Source: Escherichia phage jat. Taken from it: a stretch of DNA of 44,417 nucleotides. Positions 25,996 through 34,939 of the stretch are shown here, piece after piece. A model generated the notes under the pieces. It was not told where the DNA came from, did no database searches, and saw only the letters and a program-made list of their open reading frames with translations. The position numbers and the translations under genes are program-made. Positions within the stretch are counted from its first letter, which is position 1; every line of letters begins with the position of its first letter. The stretch lies in the sequence record NC_073076.1. One strand, 5' to 3'.

Positions 25996-27418
25996 TCAAA
26001 TCTTCCGCCTGCTTCAACGCCGCGATCTCCGCCTTCAAATCCTCCACCTGCTTAATCGTATCCTGCAACGCTCGCATAGTGTCGAGTAACAGCGGCGCCG
26101 TATCCAGTTCAAGCTGGTGCACCAGCGGCCCGTTCAGTTCTTCGTTGTGGTATATGCGGTGCTTTACATACAGGGGGTCGATTTCTTCCAGTTCTTGCGC
26201 GATAACACCGCGGCGCTGCCGTTCCTGTTCGTCGTTGTTGAATACGAATGTGCGGAATCGCATAGCCTTAATGTTGTCGTATGCTGTGCTGCTGGTGTCA
26301 TCGGCAATATCGTGCTTAAGGTTGCGGTCCGACGCTGGCACTTGCTGGAATGACCCCGACCCCTCTGACCCCGCCGAGTAGGAGATAGTGCCTCGAAAGC
26401 TGAATCTGAACTGGGTCTGTCGGTCTATGTTACCAGCCGCGTCGCGGTCCATTGTGCCGACGGAAATCTGCGCAGTAGGCCAACTGGCCCCGCCAGTCGT
26501 CATCATGCCAAACGCAACGCCACTGGAAAAGCCGTACCCGGAAGTGCCAACCGCGCCGCCTACCAGAGATTGGTAGTTTTCCACGCCGTTGTCCGCAAGC
26601 CAGGCAGGGCCACGGAATAGCGCGCCTGACCACAATTGGCTATAGCCCATGTTTGTTTTCGTAGCCGTGAAATTTTGGGCGGTGACCTGCGACGGGGTTC
26701 GCCAATCTGACGCGTCGAAGTTATACACAAATTGTGTTGGGTATCCACCCTCAGTGCCGAGCGGCATAACATACATCCCCGGAGGCGACACGCCGTCGGG
26801 CATGAGCATTAACAGCGACGCCCTTACTTCTGCGGTCCCCCAGCTATTCCCGTCCCACGTAGCCCGTCCTGCTTGGATACGCGCGTTGGTGACTAGTCGG
26901 TTGACGGTAACGTTATCCGTCGGCCCGATGCCTAAGTGACCGCGCGCTGCCGCGGGGTCATCAACGTCGCTAAGGTTGTTGGACTTAGCCAGAAATTTCG
27001 ACGGGTCGATCTGCTTCATTAGCTGCGACAGATAGCCCCATGACATGCCCTGCATAACCTGCCCGTTAGGTAACGACACTGTTATTTCTTCAGCGTCGCC
27101 GAAGATTGCACGCCAGTTGTTTTCATCTGCGATCATCAAGCGCAATGCTTTTTGGGCCTGTACGGTAACGCCCATCGTTGCCAGTGACATGGTATCGCGC
27201 TTAACGCCATCCCACGCAAGGCCGGTTGCCGTCGGGCCGTCGAACGGCAACACCAGCGTGAGCGCGGTTGCGCTTTCAATGGACGCGATTGCCACGGTGT
27301 AGGGGACTTGCCCTACCACCAGCGTTAAGAAGTCGCCAGCTTTAAACGCGGTAAACGTCGTGTCAACCCCTTCAACCGCCTTGCTGTTATTCGTTACGGA
27401 TAGTGTGCCCGCTGCCAT
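25988..27418 (-). CDS. tail fiber protein with C-terminal intramolecular chaperone (peptidase S74-like) domain
   Basis: 476 aa; Gly/Ser/Thr-rich body; C-terminal SDRNLKHDIADD ... GVIAQELEEIDPLYV ... coiled-coil tail typical of autoproteolytic IMC domains. Confidence 0.65.
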   Translation of the reverse strand: MAAGTLSVTNNSKAVEGVDTTFTAFKAGDFLTLVVGQVPYTVAIASIESATALTLVLPFDGPTATGLAWDGVKRDTMSLATMGVTVQAQKALRLMIADENNWRAIFGDAEEITVSLPNGQVMQGMSWGYLSQLMKQIDPSKFLAKSNNLSDVDDPAAARGHLGIGPTDNVTVNRLVTNARIQAGRATWDGNSWGTAEVRASLLMLMPDGVSPPGMYVMPLGTEGGYPTQFVYNFDASDWRTPSQVTAQNFTATKTNMGYSQLWSGALFRGPAWLADNGVENYQSLVGGAVGTSGYGFSSGVAFGMMTTGGASWPTAQISVGTMDRDAAGNIDRQTQFRFSFRGTISYSAGSEGSGSFQQVPASDRNLKHDIADDTSSTAYDNIKAMRFRTFVFNNDEQERQRRGVIAQELEEIDPLYVKHRIYHNEELNGPLVHQLELDTAPLLLDTMRALQDTIKQVEDLKAEIAALKQAEDLKK

Positions 27419-27497
27419 AGCTAAATCCTCGTAATTGGTTGCAATCCTGGTTGAGAGGTGTAATACTAAAACTCAACCAAATATAGGAGATGATAAC

Positions 27498-27716
27498 ATG
27501 AAAACTTTAATTATGATTTGTGCGGTTCTTCTGTCCGGTTGTGCCGGTATGCCGTCTAAAATCTGCGACGCGACATATATGAATAGCGGTATGGAGTATT
27601 CTGTACCAGTGTTCGGTGTCGCCGACTTTAGCGGGCACAAAATGCTCAAGGCGGGGTATCCGTTCAACTTCCAGTATGTGTCGGTCGACCACTTCAAAAG
27701 CACCACCTGCAAATAA
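27498..27716 (+). CDS. small lipoprotein, Cor/Llp-like superinfection exclusion candidate
   Basis: 72 aa; signal peptide with lipobox LLSGC; AGGAGA SD; opposite strand to the flanking tail fiber genes. Confidence 0.5.
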   Translation: MKTLIMICAVLLSGCAGMPSKICDATYMNSGMEYSVPVFGVADFSGHKMLKAGYPFNFQYVSVDHFKSTTCK

Positions 27717-27736
27717 GCCCCTTTCGGGGCTTTCTT
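27714..27736. terminator. terminator-like hairpin
   Basis: agcccc/ggggct stem with tttc loop followed by TTCTTC; between convergent gene ends. Confidence 0.4.
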
Positions 27737-28410
27737 CAATCATAATTGGCCGTGTTAATCGCCATAATCGCGTTGCCGTTGTTAGTATACCCCACCACAT
27801 CCCCCGTGGCGTTCCCCGACGACGCTGCTGATATACGCGTTCGCGACCCATCAAATCTGGCCCCCGTGTACGCCGTTACCGATATTACTTGCGGCTGGCC
27901 CTGCACAAAAAACCGGATCAGCGTAGACCCCAATATGCCCGGAGCGACGGCGTAGCTGCCATTTAGCGTCTGGTCAATGTTAATCCCCCCGTTAGCGCCA
28001 GGAGATCCGACGGTAACTAAATCGCTTAGTACGCGACTCTCATTAGTAAGTACTAGCTTCCCCGTCTTATCCCAAATAGCGAAGCCCCACCGCGGAAGGG
28101 TCTGTGGGAATATGGCAAAGATGTAAGCCGTCATCGTGAAGCCTCGCCCGAATGGATTGCTGGCGCTCACCTTCACCACATTACCAACGCGAGAAGACCC
28201 TACGACGGTCGGCTGGGCGGTGTGCGTAGTTTTCACAAACGCTATTGCCGGGTAGTCACCACCCAAATTAATATCGGCAGCCGCCGACTGCGCAGTGCCG
28301 TTTGCCGAAGACCCAACAACCACACGGCGGAATAGACAAAACGGCGTCGATTCTGGCGTGATAAACGGGTTGCCGTTTGGTAAGTCAATCAACGCGCCGT
28401 AATTAGCCAT
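27736..28410 (-). CDS. tail-associated hypothetical protein
   Basis: 224 aa, Gly/Thr/Asn-rich; between J-like gene and tail fiber gene. Confidence 0.4.
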   Translation of the reverse strand: MANYGALIDLPNGNPFITPESTPFCLFRRVVVGSSANGTAQSAAADINLGGDYPAIAFVKTTHTAQPTVVGSSRVGNVVKVSASNPFGRGFTMTAYIFAIFPQTLPRWGFAIWDKTGKLVLTNESRVLSDLVTVGSPGANGGINIDQTLNGSYAVAPGILGSTLIRFFVQGQPQVISVTAYTGARFDGSRTRISAASSGNATGDVVGYTNNGNAIMAINTANYD

Positions 28411-28712
28411 TATGCTCGCTCCACAAAAACAATAACGTCACATTCAGATGCGGAGTAAACCCCGCCACCTACCGCACTTGCCGCGGAAACCGTGATAGTG
28501 TTCCCGCTGGCGGTTATTCTGCGGCCTGGCCCGACCGCGCCTTTATCCAGTGCGACCACGTATCCGACCTTCATCCCCGCCGGTACAGGGAATGACCATG
28601 CGCCTGATTTTTGTCCTTCCGCAAGATGAATCCTTCCGATCACGCTTACCGGTTTAATGCCGTAGTTGTTTGGGCGTCCTTGCGCGTCCCACGTTGCGAT
28701 ACCGAATGCCAT
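28410..28712 (-). CDS. hypothetical protein
   Basis: 100 aa; ATGA-type junction with downstream gene. Confidence 0.4.
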   Translation of the reverse strand: MAFGIATWDAQGRPNNYGIKPVSVIGRIHLAEGQKSGAWSFPVPAGMKVGYVVALDKGAVGPGRRITASGNTITVSAASAVGGGVYSASECDVIVFVERA

Positions 28713-28723
28713 AAATAACCTCG

Positions 28724-28746
28724 TTAAAAAGGGGCCGAAGCCCCTA
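28724..28746 (-). terminator. rho-independent terminator (minus strand)
   Basis: aggggc/gcccct stem with cgaa loop; U5 on minus strand (plus A-run 28726-28730); just downstream of J-like stop. Confidence 0.5.
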
Positions 28747-28748
28747 TA

Positions 28749-31700
28749 CTACCAGCTACCAGTAAGCTCACCAATCTGCACGCGGAGAACGCCGTTTCCG
28801 TCCTTCACGCTTATTCTTGTGTTCGTCTGTTTCATCCCGCCGCCGCTACCGGTGCCCAGGTTGATAAACGTTCCATCTTTCCCTAAGCGCCAGCCGCGCG
28901 TGCTGCCGTCGTAGTTATTCGATTGCAGCGTGTCTGTTATCTGCGCGAAGTTGATGGACGCGTTCTTGATGCGTGCCGTGTCGATATACACCGCGCCACC
29001 GTCCACAATAAACGCAGACGACAGCGTCCCATTGGACGGATGCATGATGTAGAACTGGTCCGCCTTGAACGCAATACGCGATTTAACCGCGTTGCCAGAC
29101 GTCACAACGGAAAGCTGCATACCCGCATCATAATAAGTCCCGTTATATGTCACGCCAGCCTTAAGGCTATACGTGGCGCTACCACCAGAGTGGTTAAACG
29201 AGGACGTCATCTTCTGCTCGATAGCGGCGGACTGCTGACCGAACTGTGCAGCGACCTGGGTCTTATATTCCGCCAGCGCTCCCGCCACGTCTGCGGTTGC
29301 CGTTTGTACCTGCTGGATGGCGGCTTCTTGTTCCCCGAACTTAGCGGCAACAGTTTGCTGATACTGGGCGAACGCTTGTTCCTGTGTGCTCTGCGCGGTC
29401 TGCAACGTGTGGATCGCAGCTTCCGCGTCATCAAGTCGCGTGCCGATCAACGTCTCCAGTTGAGCGACCGCCTTGTGGGCGTCCGCCGCCGCGTTATACG
29501 CGACCGAGATTTCCGCATAAATACCCTTGTACTCGGCGCGGGCGTTGAACAATTGCTGCGCGTCGGTGAGCATCGCCTCGTAAATACCCTGCGGGATCGT
29601 GTTGATTGCTTCCTGGAAGCGTTTACCATCCTCGGAAGTCAAGAACTCGTCATCAAGCCCCTTCATGTACTCGTCAACTTTGTCACTCACCTGCCCTTCA
29701 AACGGGGCCGACCAGTCCGACAGGTTGCCGATTTTATCCGCTACACGGGCGCGCAACTGCTGGTAAATTCCGAACTCCAGCGATGTTTGCGCATACTCCG
29801 CCCCCGGATATGGGACGTTGGTAAGGAATTTCCATTCAGTCTCACCGGTCTTGCGCACTTCAAGCTCGGTGTACGAGATATCAGTAGCGGCGTTGTTGTG
29901 GTTCCACTTCCACAAGATCTGGTGAAGGCCCGAAATAGCGTTGGTGATGATTGGTGCGTTAAGCCCACCGAGACGACCTTCCACCGGCGTGATGGCGGAC
30001 GACACCCACGGAGATGAAATCTCGCCCATACCGATCGCGCGGACGCGTGCCTGATAGTTACCGGAGAACACGTTGGGGATGTGCGCGCCGTTCGACGCCG
30101 TGCGTGGGATATTCACCCAGTCGTTACCCCACTGGATTTCCATATTCTGCAAGCTGGTACGTCGCCACTGGATTTCATACACCACGGCATCCTTCACCGG
30201 AGGGAATACAATATCCACGTTGGTGATTAGCTGGCCTTGCGATGAAATCTGCGACGGGGTGATGGTCACGGATTCCGGCCCCTTCATTACACCGTCAGGC
30301 ACTTGCGTAAAGATGCCAGGGTCAAGGCGAGCGCCATTATCAACGGCATCATACTTGCTATCGTTGTATTCAATCCCGCGCACCGAGAAAGTGCTCGTAG
30401 AGTCGTCATATTCCAGGTCGGTGATGCGGAATTTTTGCAACTGGATATCGTCGCCATCAACGCAAAACGGCTGGTCTGGAATCGGGTCGGCATCAAGTGC
30501 GGTTTTTAGCGTAACCTTGTTGCCGTTGACGCTGGCGATCTCGCGAGTCTCCACATTACCGCTATCGGTGCGTACCAGGAACTTATCGCCAGGGCGGAAT
30601 GTGATTTCGCTGTCCGTGTTCAGCACGGTACGCGTTCCAGGGTCCGACAACAGGCGACCGCCACGAGTCTCGAATCCGCCAGAAATATTAGTATCTGCGA
30701 TCGCAACTACGCTACCGGGGATAAAGAATAACCCCTCCATGCCCACCTTAAAACTAACTTGCTGGTCAAGCTGGTTTGAGATTAGCGCCCAGTGCCCCCG
30801 GCGTTGCGCTTCAGATTCACGCGTACAGCCGATCGCCGTAATATCAAGACGGTTAATCTTATGGCGGCGTACCAGTTCGACACGTTGCCCCGTTGCGATA
30901 GCATCTTCATAGTGGTTTTTCGGATTGCCGTATGCTACCGCGAATGTGGAATAGCGCGTTTTCTGGCTACCAGATGCGTAGTCGAATCGCCCATCAATTA
31001 CCGAGGCGTTGGTGATAGTGTGCGACACCGCCGCGACCGGTTGGTCACTGACGATATTCAACATCTGGTTACCCCACCAGGTCATTCCGGCGAAGATGGC
31101 CGCCAAATCCTTAAGCACGGTCCAGGCGTCTGTCTGCGACTGGATGTACATATCATTCTTAAAGCGGATTTCTCGACCACCGTTGCCGTCGCTGACCAAC
31201 TGATCGCAGCGCTGCGCAATCTGGTAGAGCGCGTACCGGTTTAACATTTGCGGTTTGATACGCCGACCGAGGCCGAAGCGCTCAGTAATACAAATATCGT
31301 ACCAGTGCCACGCAGGGTTATCCGTCCATGCGCGTTTAAACGTGCCGTCCCAGTCCCCGGAATAGGTATGATTAATCGGGTCGTAGTTGTTCGGTATTAG
31401 AACTTTACGGCCTTTGCACTTGATGGACACGCGCGGGATGTTCTGGAACGCTTTGGCGTCGAACTCCACAAACAACAGCGCGGTTAGCGGGTAACGCAGG
31501 CGGGCGTCAATAATCTCAGTGATGGACTGCACCCGGATATCATTAACCACTTTCGCCGATGTGGAGTCTGCCGTTATGCGGTGCACCTCCACGCGCCAGC
31601 CGGTGTTAACGTTCGGAGGTAATTCGATGCGGTGGTCGCGCTCATATAGCGACATTGTTTTACCAACGGCGGCGAATCTGAACTCACGCGGGTCGGCGTT

Positions 31701-32168
31701 ATCCGTATACACAACTATCTTATAGTCGATGCGCCCGCCCACCAGGTCGCCATTATCTTCGTTAGTGTACAGGGCTGGAATGCCGATGCGAATGCGAACA
31801 GCGTCCAGACTGGTATCGTTAATCTGGCGCACCCACGGCGTGCCGTTTTCCAGTTTTACGCCGACAGATTGCTCACTTTCCACCGCTGAAAATCCGTGGA
31901 TCACATCCTGGTGCTGTGTGCCGGGGCGGAACTCCACACGCGCGCCAGGGAAGTTTTCGGACAGGTCAGCGTTCTGGATCGGTGTTCCGTCCAGGTAAAC
32001 ACGCTGCCGCAATTCGCTGGCGCTGGTAATACTTTCGAATTCACCCTCGCCCAGTGCAAGCAAGATGCGGATTTTAGCCAGCGAATGCAGGCTATCTGGC
32101 GTCTCCTGTGGGGTGTGCTGTTTGCCGCCGCCGCCTTTATGCCCTGTGACGTCGTAGATAATCGTCAT
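28749..32168 (-). CDS. tail tip / host specificity protein (lambda J-like)
   Basis: 1139 aa; size and position after I-like gene match lambda gpJ. Confidence 0.8.
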   Translation of the reverse strand: MTIIYDVTGHKGGGGKQHTPQETPDSLHSLAKIRILLALGEGEFESITSASELRQRVYLDGTPIQNADLSENFPGARVEFRPGTQHQDVIHGFSAVESEQSVGVKLENGTPWVRQINDTSLDAVRIRIGIPALYTNEDNGDLVGGRIDYKIVVYTDNADPREFRFAAVGKTMSLYERDHRIELPPNVNTGWRVEVHRITADSTSAKVVNDIRVQSITEIIDARLRYPLTALLFVEFDAKAFQNIPRVSIKCKGRKVLIPNNYDPINHTYSGDWDGTFKRAWTDNPAWHWYDICITERFGLGRRIKPQMLNRYALYQIAQRCDQLVSDGNGGREIRFKNDMYIQSQTDAWTVLKDLAAIFAGMTWWGNQMLNIVSDQPVAAVSHTITNASVIDGRFDYASGSQKTRYSTFAVAYGNPKNHYEDAIATGQRVELVRRHKINRLDITAIGCTRESEAQRRGHWALISNQLDQQVSFKVGMEGLFFIPGSVVAIADTNISGGFETRGGRLLSDPGTRTVLNTDSEITFRPGDKFLVRTDSGNVETREIASVNGNKVTLKTALDADPIPDQPFCVDGDDIQLQKFRITDLEYDDSTSTFSVRGIEYNDSKYDAVDNGARLDPGIFTQVPDGVMKGPESVTITPSQISSQGQLITNVDIVFPPVKDAVVYEIQWRRTSLQNMEIQWGNDWVNIPRTASNGAHIPNVFSGNYQARVRAIGMGEISSPWVSSAITPVEGRLGGLNAPIITNAISGLHQILWKWNHNNAATDISYTELEVRKTGETEWKFLTNVPYPGAEYAQTSLEFGIYQQLRARVADKIGNLSDWSAPFEGQVSDKVDEYMKGLDDEFLTSEDGKRFQEAINTIPQGIYEAMLTDAQQLFNARAEYKGIYAEISVAYNAAADAHKAVAQLETLIGTRLDDAEAAIHTLQTAQSTQEQAFAQYQQTVAAKFGEQEAAIQQVQTATADVAGALAEYKTQVAAQFGQQSAAIEQKMTSSFNHSGGSATYSLKAGVTYNGTYYDAGMQLSVVTSGNAVKSRIAFKADQFYIMHPSNGTLSSAFIVDGGAVYIDTARIKNASINFAQITDTLQSNNYDGSTRGWRLGKDGTFINLGTGSGGGMKQTNTRISVKDGNGVLRVQIGELTGSW

Positions 32169-32782
32169 TCGTTCAAGTCCTCGGTTACGATTCCGGCTGA
32201 AATAATAGCGCCGCCGATCTCACGCTCGCCCCATAATACACCAAGAGCCGTGCCTTGCGCGGTAGTGTTTACTGGGCCGCCGAACGCATACGACGCCTTG
32301 TTATCCACGTCCTGCCTTGTCTGCAATCCCTTCGGTTGTGGCGACAGCAATTGCATAACGCCACCCAGCGCCATCGACATCCCGAACGAAAACGTCGCCG
32401 TCCCGATAGCGGCAGCGGTTGCAGCCGAAGCCCCGAAAGCGGCAGTAGCAAGTCCGCCCGTATAGAACGACGCCACTACGATCGCGACACCCGCCAGCAA
32501 TTGGCCCAGTCCGCTTTTTGCCCCAGTCATAACCGGCGCGATTGTTACTACGCGGTTGCCGTGGAACTCGCCCAGCTCATCGTAGCCGGTCATTGTGTGA
32601 TTGCCCTTGCGCACTTTGAACATCATGTTGTCCAGGTGGGCCGACATTAGAAAGTCCTGTAAGCCGGGTAACTTCACGCACAGGCCGGTGATGCCTTCGC
32701 CTGGTGTGAAACAGTCCAGCTTATGCACTTTACCAAAACGACGTCCTAAGACGCCGTACAATTTAAATGTGGTCATTGCCAT
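32165..32782 (-). CDS. tail assembly protein (lambda I-like)
   Basis: 205 aa; Gly/Ala-rich central region; position between K-like and J-like genes. Confidence 0.65.
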   Translation of the reverse strand: MAMTTFKLYGVLGRRFGKVHKLDCFTPGEGITGLCVKLPGLQDFLMSAHLDNMMFKVRKGNHTMTGYDELGEFHGNRVVTIAPVMTGAKSGLGQLLAGVAIVVASFYTGGLATAAFGASAATAAAIGTATFSFGMSMALGGVMQLLSPQPKGLQTRQDVDNKASYAFGGPVNTTAQGTALGVLWGEREIGGAIISAGIVTEDLNE

Positions 32783-33513
32783 TCTGTGATATTCCCCGGT
32801 AGGTCTTTATGACGTACCCATTTAACCACATTGTCCCGGAAAAATCCCGCCCGGAAGGGAACGACGCTCGACAGGCTGCCGTAGATATGGTGTAGTAGTT
32901 GGTTGCCCGGAAGGTAGATTCCAGCGTGGTTTGGCACTGGTGCGCTGATCTGCATGATGACCATCGCCCCTGGCGTATTCTCCTCACACTCCCGGAAGCC
33001 CGCGCCATACCAATTGTCCATATACAGGTTTTCGCCTGTCTCCCACCAGTTGTACGGTACGCGGAAGTCTGGCAGGTTTACGCCCTGCTTTTTATGCCAG
33101 TCCATAACGAGGCCATAACAATCCGTAATTCCGAGAACAAATCGGCGACCTACCAGCGGCGGGTCTTCCGGGTCGATCTCGATAAAGTCGCCATATTCGT
33201 TAGTGATGGTCCAGACGACGCCGCTGCCGTTGCATCCATTAACGTCGCCCAATGACGGTGTTAGCTCGCGCTGACCGGGGTGCGAGTGGACTACGCGCAC
33301 AACGTCGCCCATATCCTCGGCATCCATCCAGGCCATATCACTAATTGTAAACGCGTCCTTTCGCGAGCGCGCGCCGGTTGGGTCTTCGAAGACGTTCAGG
33401 CACGGGATAAACACTTGTTTGCGGCCCACCATGACGACCAGCCCGCACGCTTCTTCCGGCAGACATGCCGCAACGTGTGCGGCGATATCGCGTTTAACCT
33501 TCTTCGTTAACAT
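32773..33513 (-). CDS. tail assembly protein (lambda K-like; MPN/JAMM plus NlpC/P60 domains)
   Basis: 246 aa; E..CG and HSHP..S..D JAMM-like motif followed by Cys (DCYG) and His (NHAGIY) of NlpC/P60-like domain. Confidence 0.85.
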   Translation of the reverse strand: MLTKKVKRDIAAHVAACLPEEACGLVVMVGRKQVFIPCLNVFEDPTGARSRKDAFTISDMAWMDAEDMGDVVRVVHSHPGQRELTPSLGDVNGCNGSGVVWTITNEYGDFIEIDPEDPPLVGRRFVLGITDCYGLVMDWHKKQGVNLPDFRVPYNWWETGENLYMDNWYGAGFRECEENTPGAMVIMQISAPVPNHAGIYLPGNQLLHHIYGSLSSVVPFRAGFFRDNVVKWVRHKDLPGNITEWQ

Positions 33514-33515
33514 GA

Positions 33516-34304
33516 CTACCCCTTAATTAATCTGGACCCTGGAAAGCCGCCGAAGTCCAACACTGCGGCTTTGGGATCCGCAAGACCTTGACCAAAACGA
33601 AGATAGCAGTCGGACAAACAGCCGCCGCATCGGTCCATATTCATCGCGATGACTTCATTACCCCGCTCGTCGTAATACTTGATACCTGGCTTCGCAAGGT
33701 TCCAAGTGCACCCGTCCCCGCTGGCGTACTTCCCATTTAACGCCCATTCGCACATATTCATGATTTGGCGGCGGGGAACTACTTGCCCCTCCATATCCGC
33801 AGGAGAGGATAGTGCGAAGGTGATTTGCTTGCCAGGATTGCGCCCGACCTGCGAGTCAATGTAATACTCCTGAACTCGTTTCTGCGTCGGGTCTGGATCT
33901 GTCCCGTTGTCCAGGAACTTCGCGAACGTATCAATGATCTCAACCTTCGCGCCCAGTAGCTGGTCGTGATTCAGCGACAGCCGGGTTATTATGCCGCCAA
34001 TATCGACGATTGTTAGTTGCGGTTCTGCGGCCGTTGATGTGGAGAAGTTGAGGCCGGACAAATCGAAGGGCCAAAATTCGAACTCCTGCCCGCCGAAGAA
34101 GATGGATTTAGGTTTTAGCTTGTCCTCGTCACCGCCTGCGGCGGCAATATCCTCGGCAGTGTGCGGGATAAAGCAATAGTGAAAATAGTGATGACCCGCG
34201 CCGATCGCGCCGTCGCCGGGCTCCACGTCCTGCGCGTCAATGTGAATCAGGCGAACGCGTCCCGATGGGTCAAAGCGCGTCGCCTCGCGATATAGTTTAT
34301 TCAT
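33516..34304 (-). CDS. minor tail protein (lambda L-like)
   Basis: 262 aa; C-terminal Cys cluster CGGCLSDC as in gpL. Confidence 0.7.
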   Translation of the reverse strand: MNKLYREATRFDPSGRVRLIHIDAQDVEPGDGAIGAGHHYFHYCFIPHTAEDIAAAGGDEDKLKPKSIFFGGQEFEFWPFDLSGLNFSTSTAAEPQLTIVDIGGIITRLSLNHDQLLGAKVEIIDTFAKFLDNGTDPDPTQKRVQEYYIDSQVGRNPGKQITFALSSPADMEGQVVPRRQIMNMCEWALNGKYASGDGCTWNLAKPGIKYYDERGNEVIAMNMDRCGGCLSDCYLRFGQGLADPKAAVLDFGGFPGSRLIKG

Positions 34305-34939
34305 CTTACGAATCCAATAGCAGTCTTAAGGGTGGCGGATACCGTTGCCGTGTAGTGCCCGTTGTCAGTGTACGACAAGCTCGAACGCTCGACCACGAAT
34401 AAACCTGTTTCGCCATCCGGCGCGGTGACGACAAACGGTTTGACGAAGTGCCCGCGAAGGAAGTTGTAAACCAGTTTAGGGTTGCACCACTTGTCAGTAG
34501 TCAGTCCGATGAATTGCACGGGGAACTGTTTCGTTTCGGCGTTCGGGCCGTCCGCGATGTTCTGACCGTAACCGTTACCAAACTGCAATTCCTCGGACCG
34601 GAAAGCCAACTGCACGTCTCCGCCGCCTTGCAATTGCATGTGCCAGTAATAGGGCCATTCGTTTGATCGCGGGTCGTGCGCTTCGATTAGCTCATAAGCT
34701 GCACCGGCTTTTGTCGGTCCGGCCCAGTTATCCGCCAGGGTGATGACGGTGTTAGAGTTGAATGCCGCAATTTTTCCGGTGTAGTCGTTGCCGTCGATGC
34801 GGGTAAATACGCTGACCTTCCCGATCTCGCTCAGGAACGCGGTTCCCACGCCTGTGATGGTCTTACTTCCCTTAGTTAGTGTGATTGTACCTTGCGCCAT
34901 AAAAAAGCCCCCACGTTGTAGTGAGGGCCATTTTATCAT
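34301..34939 (-). CDS. minor tail protein (lambda M-like C-terminal domain with N-terminal extension)
   Basis: 212 aa; C-terminal block FGNGYGQ...FIGLT resembles gpM; ATGA overlap with tape-measure stop; alternative ATG at 34900 preceded by a hairpin. Confidence 0.65.
   Translation of the reverse strand: MIKWPSLQRGGFFMAQGTITLTKGSKTITGVGTAFLSEIGKVSVFTRIDGNDYTGKIAAFNSNTVITLADNWAGPTKAGAAYELIEAHDPRSNEWPYYWHMQLQGGGDVQLAFRSEELQFGNGYGQNIADGPNAETKQFPVQFIGLTTDKWCNPKLVYNFLRGHFVKPFVVTAPDGETGLFVVERSSLSYTDNGHYTATVSATLKTAIGFVR

Noticed and set aside
28923-30017. 364-aa plus-strand ORF inside the J-like gene
   Set aside because: Antisense to a well-supported 1139-aa gene; Arg/Leu-rich composition typical of antisense frames in GC-rich coding DNA.
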